Origin: an uncultured archaeon
GTDB lineage: Archaea > Asgardarchaeota > Lokiarchaeia > Sigyniarchaeales > SOKP01
DNA length: 64,000 nt
NCBI GenBank assembly: GCA_964583985.1
Contig: CAZOYD010000002.1
Location: 64,001-128,000, forward strand
Direction: 5' to 3'
Both the position numbers and the translations under genes were made by a program. Positions 51,782 to 61,212 of this stretch are shown one piece after another. The notes under the pieces are model-generated. The model was not told the DNA's origin. It was given only the letters and a program-made list of their open reading frames with translations, and did no database searches. Each line of letters starts with the position of its first letter. Position 1 is the stretch's first letter.

Positions 51782-53203
51782 ATGATAAAATTTAGCGATA
51801 AACAATTAAAAATTCCTAAATTGATGCGCCCAGTATATTTAGCTACTGTAGGAATGTCAAAATTTGATAGAGCATTCCCTGAAACCAGAACAGAAGAATT
51901 ATGTATTCAAGCATTCACCGCTGCTGCTGATTTTGTTAACATGACCCCTTCGGAACTAAAAAGTTACATCCATACATGTTATTATGGTCATTTTGCAGAT
52001 CATTTTGGAGATCAACTTCTTGGAGAAGCAGTGATCCATGATAGACTTGGCTTGGATCCCTTAGGGAACATAGGTGTGAAAACAGGGGGAGCTACTGGAG
52101 GTTCTACCATGTGGGAAGCTGTAAAAACTGTAGCTTCTGGATATAGTGACTGCGCACTCGCACTTGGTTGGGAACGCATGGATGAGGTACCAACAGATGA
52201 GGGCAACCATCTAATTTCTGCTGCCGCAGATAAGGATTGGGAAACTCCTTTAGGACATATTTACACGGGTTATTATGCAGTAATGGCTCAAAGGTATTGG
52301 AAAATATTTGGAAAGGAAGAAGATTCTTTTCGGGATACAATGTCAGAAATTGCTGTAAAAAATCGTGGATATGCCCGTATGAACCCCTATGCTCAAGGAC
52401 CAATGAAAATAACTGTTGAAGATGTCAATAACTCGCCTATTGTGGCCTATCCACTTCGTGTATTAGATTGTTGCTTGATGAGTGTAGGTTCTGCTTGTGG
52501 TATTGTATGTGATGAAAAAACGGCTTATGAGATCACGGATCATCCACTTAGAATTTATATTGGAGCGGGAAGTCATACCTTAAGAGTTGCTGACCGGAGA
52601 GACATGACAATTCCGCTATTACCAAACGAAACACCAGAAACCTATAAAGATCTAGGCACGAGATTCCCTGGATCAGATAGGTATCCAGGATTCACCGGGT
52701 TTTTAGCAGCTAGGATGGCATCGTATTATGCATATAGAATGGCAGGAATTGAGGAACCAATTGAAGATCTTGATGTAATTGAACTTCATGATGCGTTTAC
52801 TATTAGTGATATTCAATCTTATGAAGATGTAGGATTGCGTCACTATGGTGAGGGGAGAGATTATATAGAATCTGGAGATGCGTATCTCATCAATCCACGC
52901 ACTAAAAAACAAGGTAAACTCCCAAGTAATTTAAGTGGAGGATTAATAGGATGCATGCATGCTGTAGGAGCTACGGGATTAATGCAAATTGCAGAGATTG
53001 GATACCATATATGGAATCGTTGGGATGAAATACATGAACCTCAAGAGAAATGGAATGCATTTGGTCGTGAAAAACCAGATGATTGGACTAGCTTGCAAGT
53101 AAAGAATGCTAAACGAGGCTTAGCAATTAGTCACGCTGGAGTTGGTTCGCATGTTACAGCAACAATATTAATGGACCCAAATAACTTACTTAAGGAGGAT
53201 TAA
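51782..53203 (+). CDS. SCP2-type thiolase-fold protein lacking the nucleophilic Cys
   Basis: KTGGATGG at the Cys position, GWERM, KN...A..NPYA, ELHDAF, NLSGGLIG.MHAVGATG. Confidence 0.88.
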   Translation: MIKFSDKQLKIPKLMRPVYLATVGMSKFDRAFPETRTEELCIQAFTAAADFVNMTPSELKSYIHTCYYGHFADHFGDQLLGEAVIHDRLGLDPLGNIGVKTGGATGGSTMWEAVKTVASGYSDCALALGWERMDEVPTDEGNHLISAAADKDWETPLGHIYTGYYAVMAQRYWKIFGKEEDSFRDTMSEIAVKNRGYARMNPYAQGPMKITVEDVNNSPIVAYPLRVLDCCLMSVGSACGIVCDEKTAYEITDHPLRIYIGAGSHTLRVADRRDMTIPLLPNETPETYKDLGTRFPGSDRYPGFTGFLAARMASYYAYRMAGIEEPIEDLDVIELHDAFTISDIQSYEDVGLRHYGEGRDYIESGDAYLINPRTKKQGKLPSNLSGGLIGCMHAVGATGLMQIAEIGYHIWNRWDEIHEPQEKWNAFGREKPDDWTSLQVKNAKRGLAISHAGVGSHVTATILMDPNNLLKED

Positions 53204-53206
53204 AAG

Positions 53207-53806
53207 ATGCCAAAAACAAAAGATGAAAAAGGATTTGTTGATATAGTGAATGGAAGATATAAACCAAGAGGCGTTTTTCACATTCCAGAGGCAAATCAAC
53301 CGATATTTAACAAGGATACTGGGAAATTAGCGGGTGTTACGAACCCTCGTGACATGACATACATCCATTCTTACGGAGGAGAAGCTCCTTTCTTCGAAGG
53401 TTTAGGAAAGGGAAGATTGATGGCAACCCGATGTGATAATGAGAAATGTAGTACAAAAGGATCAATTTATCAACCTTTCAGGATTTATTGTCCAGATTGT
53501 CTGAGGAAAAACATTGTCATCGATATGACGGATTTAGCAAAGAAAACCGCAAAAATTCATTCCTATATTATCACTCATAGGTCTGGTGCATTTAATTCAC
53601 TTCCAATACCTATAAAATTCATAAATGTAGAGTTTGAAGGAGTAGTGACAATCCTCATGAGCGTATTAGCAGTAGGAGAGCCTGAAATTGATAAAAGAGT
53701 AGTACCCATTTTTAATACTAAATCACCCACTTATACAATTATGGATCTTAGATTCGTGGTTGAGGGTACAACAGAATCAGAACTTCCTGAAGGATTTACC
53801 TATTAA
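53207..53806 (+). CDS. DUF35-family Zn-ribbon/OB-fold acyl-CoA-binding partner
   Basis: PFFEGL..G.L.ATRC...C......P...CPDC; directly downstream of a thiolase. Confidence 0.85.
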   Translation: MPKTKDEKGFVDIVNGRYKPRGVFHIPEANQPIFNKDTGKLAGVTNPRDMTYIHSYGGEAPFFEGLGKGRLMATRCDNEKCSTKGSIYQPFRIYCPDCLRKNIVIDMTDLAKKTAKIHSYIITHRSGAFNSLPIPIKFINVEFEGVVTILMSVLAVGEPEIDKRVVPIFNTKSPTYTIMDLRFVVEGTTESELPEGFTY

Positions 53807-53816
53807 TATTATTCCA

Positions 53817-53830
53817 TTTTCTTTTTTTTT
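53817..53830 (+). terminator. Putative archaeal poly-U terminator
   Basis: TTTTCTTTTTTTTT about 10 nt after the DUF35 stop. Confidence 0.45.
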
Positions 53831-53989
53831 AGTTAAATATAGATTATTTTATGAAATAGATAATTAATTTACCGTCTATTAACTTATCTTTTGATAAAAA
53901 AGAGAAGAGTCATTGTAAATTAGTAAAAATTAGATAACTTTTAATTAAAGAATAATGTATATTTTTTAAGATGTACAAATGGTGATTTA

Positions 53990-54505
53990 ATGGTTTTTAT
54001 TGTTGAAGCTATCAAAGAGATTCCCGTGGATTTTAACATATTTTTCGAGCAATTTATTAAGAATTTCACGTCAAAAACATTTTCGGAAGGAGGCACCGAT
54101 ATAAAGATTATTGAAATAGGTCCTCGTGAAGAAAAGCAAACTAGGTTTCAGTTATTACCCGCAACGAGCATGGAAGTAAAATTTCCCGTACTTTTTGAAC
54201 AGAAACCGTATGGTATGGAAGTATCGTTAAATCTTGATATCGAAATGATTACTGCAGGTAAAAAAATGGGAGGTAAATTAGCGAAAAAAATGTTAAACGC
54301 AAAACTTGAAGTTTTTGAAGCGGGATTAAACAATCAGTTGAGCATGCTAATAAAGATGTCCATCGCTGAATCATTGAAACAATCTGAAGGAGGATTAGGA
54401 AAAACAAGCGATGAAGATCCATTGAAAATTCTTAAACTCCAATTTGTTAATGGTGAAATTTCAGAAGACGAATATAAACACAAAAAAAAATTATTAGAAA
54501 ACTAA
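53990..54505 (+). CDS. SHOCT-domain protein
   Basis: C-terminal DPLKILKLQFVNGEISEDEYKHKKKLL. Confidence 0.78.
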   Translation: MVFIVEAIKEIPVDFNIFFEQFIKNFTSKTFSEGGTDIKIIEIGPREEKQTRFQLLPATSMEVKFPVLFEQKPYGMEVSLNLDIEMITAGKKMGGKLAKKMLNAKLEVFEAGLNNQLSMLIKMSIAESLKQSEGGLGKTSDEDPLKILKLQFVNGEISEDEYKHKKKLLEN

Positions 54506-54790
54506 TTTTATTTCTTATTTTTATTGCTTTCCTCAAAATTTGAATGATATGAAGCTTTCTCTTTACTTTTTTATTATATTCAACATTTTTATACTTCTGA
54601 TAATGTTTTCATATTTATCCCGATTTTTATTAAGAATATCAATCTATGCGGAATGTAAAATGACTAAATTCATCAAAATATAATTTCTATTTACATACAT
54701 TTATATGTATTTACAATTCAATTTTAATAGAAAATAGTTAAAATTATTTCTAATTAGCATTCTAAGTAATAATTTGGTGTTATATTACAA

Positions 54791-55522
54791 TTGGTTTTAG
54801 ATAATACTGATATTATGAATGGGTTTTTGTCTTTAATTTTCATTATAATTTCAATTTTTGTTGGATTATTATTTTTCTTTAAATATCGAAAATATAGGAT
54901 AAAGGATTTAATATTTGTTGGAATAACTTGGATTATAATGAGTGAACCCTGGTGGGGGCATACTATATCGCTTTTTGTCGCATTTTCAACAGGGGAAGGT
55001 CTAAATATACAAATAATTTATTTTATTTCAACAACATTTGTTCCTATCGGTTTAGTGTCGTGGATAGCTGTCTATATAGATTTCCTATATAGGAAACACA
55101 AGAAAACGATTTTAATAATCGCAATTATGGGTCTAATCATTTTTGAAATAATTTTTCAATATTTTTTATTCACAAATCCATCCATAATAGCGATAAAACA
55201 AAGTGCTGTGGATTCAATAAATCAACCGTTTATATTATTATTTTTTCTTAGTGTTTTAATAACTTTTTTGATTACAGGGATTTTATTCGCAAATTCAGCT
55301 ATAAAATCTAATGATAAAGAATCTAAACTGAAAGGCAAGATCTTGCTTTTAGCAATTCTTTCATATGCAGTAGGTTCGGTTTGGGATGGTGTTTTCGCTT
55401 CTACAGGTTCACTTTTAATAGTTAGCAGAATAATCCTAACTATAAGCAGTGTCTTTTTTTATTATGGATTTTTTTTACCTAATTGGATGAAAAGGATCAT
55501 TTTACATTCGAATAGAGCTTAA
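54791..55522 (+). CDS. Multi-pass (~7 TM) membrane protein
   Basis: Seven hydrophobic helices; ends GFFLPNW.K. Confidence 0.72.
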   Translation: MVLDNTDIMNGFLSLIFIIISIFVGLLFFFKYRKYRIKDLIFVGITWIIMSEPWWGHTISLFVAFSTGEGLNIQIIYFISTTFVPIGLVSWIAVYIDFLYRKHKKTILIIAIMGLIIFEIIFQYFLFTNPSIIAIKQSAVDSINQPFILLFFLSVLITFLITGILFANSAIKSNDKESKLKGKILLLAILSYAVGSVWDGVFASTGSLLIVSRIILTISSVFFYYGFFLPNWMKRIILHSNRA

Positions 55523-55624
55523 AATCATTGTTAAATCCTTGACAAATTAGGTAATTAATAATGAAATTTATAAGAAGCTAGTATCAATACCAAGCTTCAG
55601 ATTATTGATGGATAAAAAAATTGT

Positions 55625-55894
55625 TTACCCCCATTCGCATTTATATCCTGTTCCTCCTAAAGGCCAGAAGAATTGTATAGCATCCTCAGAACATGCGTAC
55701 CAGCAAGAAGCGCATTCCATGCATTCATCCAAGCTTATAATTCTCGCAGTCTTTTCAAAAATCTCAAAACATCCTGCTAAGCATACCCTTATACAGTTAG
55801 CACATCCAGAACACTTGTTTTTATCAATTTTTATAAAATCACCAGTACCTTCAATCCATTCTACACCAGGAAATTTTTTTGATATTTTAGTCAT
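55625..55894 (-). CDS. 2[4Fe-4S] ferredoxin (FixX-like)
   Basis: CSGCANCIRVC and CMECASCWYAC; W..P.GG.G tail typical of FixX. Confidence 0.88.
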   Translation of the reverse strand: MTKISKKFPGVEWIEGTGDFIKIDKNKCSGCANCIRVCLAGCFEIFEKTARIISLDECMECASCWYACSEDAIQFFWPLGGTGYKCEWG

Positions 55895-55906
55895 CTGTTT
55901 TTCACC

Positions 55907-57586
55907 TCAAATGCTGAATAGTGATGGATTTGCTCCATCCACAAAAGATATCAATTTCTTACTTAATTTATTCCGAATCGGATAAGTTAGTTTTAGGAAA
56001 AGAGAATATATTGGTTCAAAAATTGGTAATATTATTTCCAAACACCTATTCATAGAATTTGCTAAGGGGATAACAATTAAATTTTGCATTTTTTTCATCC
56101 CTATCAGTTTTTTCGTAATTCTGTCAATAATTCTCAAAAAAAAGAGAAAGCTTGTTTCTTTTTTCGTGATTTTTTTGTGAGCAATATCATTCTCAGAGTC
56201 TTGATGTCCATAATCAAAATTTTCATGAAGCCAATTTTGAAAATATCTAAAATACATTTTTATCCATTTAGTTATTATATTTGGATCCTTACGTATGTAC
56301 AAAAATAGTAATTGCAAAAAGGGAGTGGTAAACGAACTGAGTGTTCCAAGTCCCCAACCATTATGAATGTACTTTTTAAGCGTCTTAAAGCTATGTTCTT
56401 GTTGAGCTAAACGTAAATTATAGCGATTTATTCCCGAGATTGACCATTGAATAATTGGATGTCTACTAATTCTTTCTGTATATCTTTTAAGAAACAATTT
56501 AGAAGCATTATTCGCTTTTATTGCTTCAATAGCAACTCCAGCAGCGATTTCAGCAGAAAACCAAGCTGCTGGAACGCCATCACATAATTCTGTACTCTCA
56601 AGACCTGCAACATCCCCGATTAATATCATACCATCCGTGATTTTAGGCAATTTACGAAGATTTTTATCCAGCCCAACGTAGATTTCAAAACCTTCCCATG
56701 TTCTTGCCCTTAACTTTATTCTCGGTGAAACCAAATCTCTCCACCAAGATAATTTAGATGTTATATTATGGTGATATTCATTAAATACCTTCTTCAAATT
56801 AGGTACTTTTTTTTCATCCATTCTTAAACATTGATCTTGCATGAAATGAAGACTATTCCTGTAGGGCCACACCATAAGTCCATTTCCATATCCAAGTGGT
56901 GGTGCTATTTTTTGTTCATCCCATCCCCAACACATTTTAACAGAAAATCCAAATATTTTATCGATATCTTTTTTTGACATAACATAATCGTATGTATCTG
57001 CGAGAGAGATAGTTTCAGGAGGATATTTTTTCCTCATACCAGCTTTTATGGCTAATAATCCTTGTGAACCTTCAGAATTTATTATGATCTTACTCCTAAT
57101 ATTCTCACCCTTATCTGTTAAGATACCCCGAATAGTTCCATCTTCTTTTATGAAATCTATTACTGTCGTCGATGTACGTAGTTCAACTCCAGCATCGATG
57201 GCTTTTCGGGATAACCACTGACAGAATGGCTTACAATATGTATTATAACCAAAAGAAATGATTGGTGAGAGTGGTTTTGGGACTTTAAGAGAATTATCAA
57301 CATAGATATCACCTTTATCAATATCCTTGATGATATAGTTATCAATACCATCAGAAGGACGTTCAAATGGTGGATTTCCGTCCCTAATGTAAGTTGGAGC
57401 AAATAAAAAACCTTGAAAGGGTATTGTTAATCCCGAAATCACTTTATCACCTACATTTTCTGATCGTTCAAGTAATAATGTTTTTAAACCCGCGTCTGAG
57501 CAAAGCTTTGCTGCTACTGATCCTCCAAATCCAGCACCTATTACAATAACATCAAAATTCTTTTCCATTGTTATTAATATTAACAC
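55907..57586 (-). CDS. FixC/geranylgeranyl-reductase-family FAD oxidoreductase with C-terminal extension
   Basis: FDVIVIGAGFGG, LLER....G.K..SG, LIGDVAG, DGVP.A..S...A; adjacent FixX-like gene. Confidence 0.8.
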   Translation of the reverse strand: MLILITMEKNFDVIVIGAGFGGSVAAKLCSDAGLKTLLLERSENVGDKVISGLTIPFQGFLFAPTYIRDGNPPFERPSDGIDNYIIKDIDKGDIYVDNSLKVPKPLSPIISFGYNTYCKPFCQWLSRKAIDAGVELRTSTTVIDFIKEDGTIRGILTDKGENIRSKIIINSEGSQGLLAIKAGMRKKYPPETISLADTYDYVMSKKDIDKIFGFSVKMCWGWDEQKIAPPLGYGNGLMVWPYRNSLHFMQDQCLRMDEKKVPNLKKVFNEYHHNITSKLSWWRDLVSPRIKLRARTWEGFEIYVGLDKNLRKLPKITDGMILIGDVAGLESTELCDGVPAAWFSAEIAAGVAIEAIKANNASKLFLKRYTERISRHPIIQWSISGINRYNLRLAQQEHSFKTLKKYIHNGWGLGTLSSFTTPFLQLLFLYIRKDPNIITKWIKMYFRYFQNWLHENFDYGHQDSENDIAHKKITKKETSFLFFLRIIDRITKKLIGMKKMQNLIVIPLANSMNRCLEIILPIFEPIYSLFLKLTYPIRNKLSKKLISFVDGANPSLFSI

Positions 57587-57759
57587 GTTTTAATTTTAAT
57601 ACTTTTATGTGAGAGATTAACAACCATTTAATTTAACATTGGAGATGCTGAATTTAAAATCCATTCTTTAAATGAATTTGTAAGAGTGGAAGAATTTCTC
57701 AATAATATGAAAAGAAAAGAATTGAAAATTGGATTTTAATATAATGTTAATCACGTGAC

Positions 57760-58659
57760 TCAGAGTTCTACGTGCTCTTTTTTAAGATGGAAAATTTTTC
57801 TCGCTTCATCACCCTGTGCAATTTCTCTTCCCGCGAGTTCAGCAACTTTCTTTGCCCAAATTACTTGCTCATAACTACCTTTAGCTAACTCACCTGTAAT
57901 AGTACGAGTATTATCTTCTAAACCCACCCGAATATGGCCTCCTAAAGCTGCAGCACATAAACCCGCTTGAAATTGCTGCTTAGAAACTCCGCAAACACTC
58001 CAAGTAGAATCTGGAGGTATTAAATCTAATACCAAGGAGAAATTTCTTGGATTGAAAGGGATTCCTCCGAGTACACCCCATACAAACTGGAAGTGAAGTG
58101 GTTGTGTAAAGTCACCTTGTGATCTATTAAGAAAAAGCATGTTATAAAGGCCTCCTAAGTCATATATTTCCATTTCCGGTTTCGTTCCTACTTTCTTCAT
58201 CTCTTTTGCAAATTTCGTGATTGTTTTGAAAGTATTGGCAAAAATATTATCAGCACCCATGCCAACTTTTCCAGTGTGATAATCACCAACCGCAAAATTC
58301 ATGGACGCTGTATTTAGGGAAGCTAAAGGTGGTTTGAAGGTTTGAACAGGTGCTATTCTTTGCTTATCTGTAGCTACCGAACTAATAGCACTACTTAAAT
58401 TGATAATTACATCCGGAGCTTTTGATTTTATGTTTTGCAGCACAGCTTTTATTAGGTCTAAGTCATGTGTTGGATTACCTTTTTCTGGATCTCGTGCATG
58501 GATGTGAACTATTGCAGCACCTGCATCATAGCATTTTTTTGCTTCATCTCCAAATTCCTCTGCTGTATAGGGAACGCTTGGATTATTAGCCTTGGTTGTA
58601 ATTGCACCAGCTAGAGCTGCTGAAATAACCAATTTATTTTCTGGATTTGATTCAGACAT
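57760..58659 (-). CDS. Beta-keto acid cleavage enzyme (BKACE/Kce, DUF849)
   Basis: NPSVPYT.EE, GAAIVHIHAR, ASLN..SMNF, KPEMEIYD, GGHIRVGLEDN. Confidence 0.93.
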   Translation of the reverse strand: MSESNPENKLVISAALAGAITTKANNPSVPYTAEEFGDEAKKCYDAGAAIVHIHARDPEKGNPTHDLDLIKAVLQNIKSKAPDVIINLSSAISSVATDKQRIAPVQTFKPPLASLNTASMNFAVGDYHTGKVGMGADNIFANTFKTITKFAKEMKKVGTKPEMEIYDLGGLYNMLFLNRSQGDFTQPLHFQFVWGVLGGIPFNPRNFSLVLDLIPPDSTWSVCGVSKQQFQAGLCAAALGGHIRVGLEDNTRTITGELAKGSYEQVIWAKKVAELAGREIAQGDEARKIFHLKKEHVEL

Positions 58660-58877
58660 TTTTATTTACAACTCATTTGATATTTCAATTTAAATTCATA
58701 TATAAATATATTGAATTAAAATTAATCTTCTTTCTATTTAAATTTTAAAACAGATCTTATTATAGGAAGAGTAGATTTTATTAGCAAATTGGTTTAAAAC
58801 TATTTATATATCATTTAATCAATATTATAATAATTTAATATATAAAATTAACAAATTAAAAAACATGGAAATCAAAA

Positions 58878-60011
58878 ATGGATAAAGTAGCAATAGTTGG
58901 TTGTGCTCAAACCAAGTATGAAGAAGACAAAATTGACTTAACTATATCAGAGTTAGTTTTTGAAGTTGTACAACAACTTCACCATGATTTGGGCATAACT
59001 AATGATGATATTGGGTGTGTAATAACCAGTTCTAATGATTTCAATGATGGAAGAACGATTGCAAATATGGCGATTCAAGATGCAGTGGGTTCAGTAAGAA
59101 AGGGAGAATCTCGTGTTTCTGGAGATGGAGCTTTTGCATTTGTATATGGCGCCATGAGAATTTTATCAGGTTCCTATGACACCGTTCTCGTGGTTTCTCA
59201 TTGCAAATGTTCGGAGGTAAATCAATACCTCGTTAACAATTCGATATTTGATCCATACTATCAAAGGCATTTGGGATTAGATCAAATCTCATCAGCAGGA
59301 TTAATGGCAAACATGTACATGAATAAATATGGAATAACTGAAGAACAAGCTGCTAAAGTTGCTGTAAAGAATAGAAAAAATGCTCTTAACAATCCATATG
59401 CTCATTTACAAAAGGAAATATCGATTGATGACGTGCTAAATTCAAAAATGATGGCATACCCATTAAAGGAGTTGGATCTACCACCTTTTTCGGATGGAGC
59501 TGTAGCGATGTTATTGACAAGTGAAGAGAAAGCGAAAAAATTGACAGATACACCAATATGGTTAAAAGGGTATGGGAGTTGCACTGATGCATACTATTTA
59601 GGTCATAGAAATATGACGGATCTCATCGGTTTGGAATTAGCAGCTAAAACAGCCTACAAAATGGCGGGAGTTGCAAATCCTCTGAAAGAAATAGACGTGT
59701 TTGAAGTTTATGATGCATTTTCATTTCATGAATTAATGATATACGAAGCCTTGGGATTATGCGATAAAGGAAAAGGAGGAAAATTCATTGATGAACATTT
59801 TGAAACTCAGCTTCCAATAAATAAATCTGGAGGCGTATTATCTAGTAATCCAACAATGGCAAATGGTTTAATTCGAGTCGCAGAAATTGCAACGCAACTA
59901 AAAGGGGAAGCTGAAAACCGTCAAGTTGATGGTGTCAAGCTCGGTTTAGCACACGGGATGAATGGAATATGTTCTCAAGGCAATTGTGTATTAATTTTTG
60001 GAGGAGATTAA
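58878..60011 (+). CDS. Cys-less SCP2-type thiolase-fold protein, Ltp4-like
   Basis: DLGITNDDI, S.DF.DGR, ESRV.GDGAFA, DGAVA, EVYDAF, INKSGGVLSSNP..ANGLIR. Confidence 0.85.
   Translation: MDKVAIVGCAQTKYEEDKIDLTISELVFEVVQQLHHDLGITNDDIGCVITSSNDFNDGRTIANMAIQDAVGSVRKGESRVSGDGAFAFVYGAMRILSGSYDTVLVVSHCKCSEVNQYLVNNSIFDPYYQRHLGLDQISSAGLMANMYMNKYGITEEQAAKVAVKNRKNALNNPYAHLQKEISIDDVLNSKMMAYPLKELDLPPFSDGAVAMLLTSEEKAKKLTDTPIWLKGYGSCTDAYYLGHRNMTDLIGLELAAKTAYKMAGVANPLKEIDVFEVYDAFSFHELMIYEALGLCDKGKGGKFIDEHFETQLPINKSGGVLSSNPTMANGLIRVAEIATQLKGEAENRQVDGVKLGLAHGMNGICSQGNCVLIFGGD
60000..60006 (+). promoter_or_regulatory. Shine-Dalgarno-like site for the ATG at 60016
   Basis: GGAGGAG ending 9 nt upstream of ATG 60016, inside the end of the previous gene. 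Confidence 0.55.
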
Positions 60012-60015
60012 AAAA

Positions 60016-61212
60016 ATGTCTAAAAATCATGTTGCAGTAGTAGGAATGGGACAAACTAAGTTTAGAAGTAAACGAAGAGATGTTAATATCCCAGAAATGA
60101 TCTATGAAGCGGTTGATATGGCTCTTAAGGATGCAAAATTAGAACCTGGAGACATTGATGCTATCTTAATTGGCAATTTTTGATATCATATCGGTATTAA
60201 ATGCTAGATGGATCATTTCGAGGGAATTAATTTTTCTGAAATGTGGACGGGTATTGATGCCGCGCCGGGTTATTTGAAACCAGTGGTAAAAATTGCAACG
60301 GGAGGCACCACAGGAAGTTCTTTAGCAATTTGTGGGTATCATAATATTGCCTCGGGAATATATGATAAAGTTCTTGTTGTTGGATGGGAAAAATTGAATG
60401 AAGGAGGGGCAACGACGGGAATTATCACGGCGTTCGATCCTGTGTGGGAGAGACCCTCATTAGCGGGAGCTTTAGGTCCACTTGCATTAATGGCGGGAAT
60501 GTATTCCGCTAAATATGGGATAACTCCAGAACAAGCGGCAAAGGTAACTGTTAAAAATAGAAGTAATGCCGCAAATAATCCTTTTGCTCACCTTCAGATG
60601 CCAGATATTACGATTGATTATGTGATGAGTTCTCAAGTTATTTCTTATCCCCTAAGATTACACGATTGCTGTCCTCAAAGTGAAGGTGCATGTGCTCTAA
60701 TTTACGCAAATGAAAAAGAAGCCAAAAAGATCACGGATACACCTGCTTGGTTTCATGCAGTAGAAACGGCTCATTATTATACGTTTGGGACGGATGATAA
60801 GATGTACGATCTTCCTACGGCCACCATCGCATCTAAAAAAGCATATAAAAGAGCAGGAATAAAAAATCCTTTAAGAGATTTGGATGTAGCAGAAATATAT
60901 GAACCCACTTCTTGGAGCGAACTTTCATGGACTGAAGCGTTAGGGTTTTGCAAGCCAGGAGAGGGAGGTAAATTACTAGATGAAGGGATTACCCAAATGA
61001 GTGGAGAATTACCCGTTAATCCATCAGGAGGAGTCTTAAGCACGAATCCCATCGGTGCTACCGCATTAGTTAGAGTAGCTGAAGCTGCTATTCAGATTAT
61101 GGATCGTGGTGGAAAGCGTCAAGTCCCAGATGTAGAAAAAGCGCTTGCTATGGGATTTGGTGGAAGTTTATGGACGGAAGTAATGATATTAGGAAATGAA
61201 CCCTTGAGGTGA
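60016..61212 (+). CDS. Cys-less SCP2-type thiolase-fold protein, Ltp3-like; two exons (60016-60177 and 60208-61212), predicted 388 aa after splicing
   Basis: N-terminal VAVVGMGQTKF...DIDAILIGN and C-terminal MDHFEG...TGGTTGS...GWEK...VNPSGG..STNPIGATA are in the same frame, separated by 30 nt containing TGA and TAG. Confidence 0.85.
60178..60207 (+). other. Putative 30-nt archaeal bulge-helix-bulge/loop pre-mRNA intron
   Basis: TTTTGATATCATATCGGTATTAAATGCTAG; 9-bp stem 60179-87/60193-201, 3-nt bulge 60176-78, 4-bp helix 60172-75/60202-05, 3-nt AGA 60206-08; removal restores the ORF. Confidence 0.8.

Noticed and set aside
60181-60207. Selenocysteine (UGA) or pyrrolysine (UAG) readthrough in the thiolase gene
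   Set aside because: Would need both recodings eight codons apart and would add 10 residues that homologues appear to lack; the position is not catalytic. Excision explains both stops at once.
60178-60207. Spliceosomal-type intron (ends in TAG) or mini transposon footprint
   Set aside because: The 5' end is TT, not GT, and the junction cannot slide to give GT-AG. There is no target-site duplication, and the stem relies on G-U pairs rather than a perfect DNA inverted repeat.
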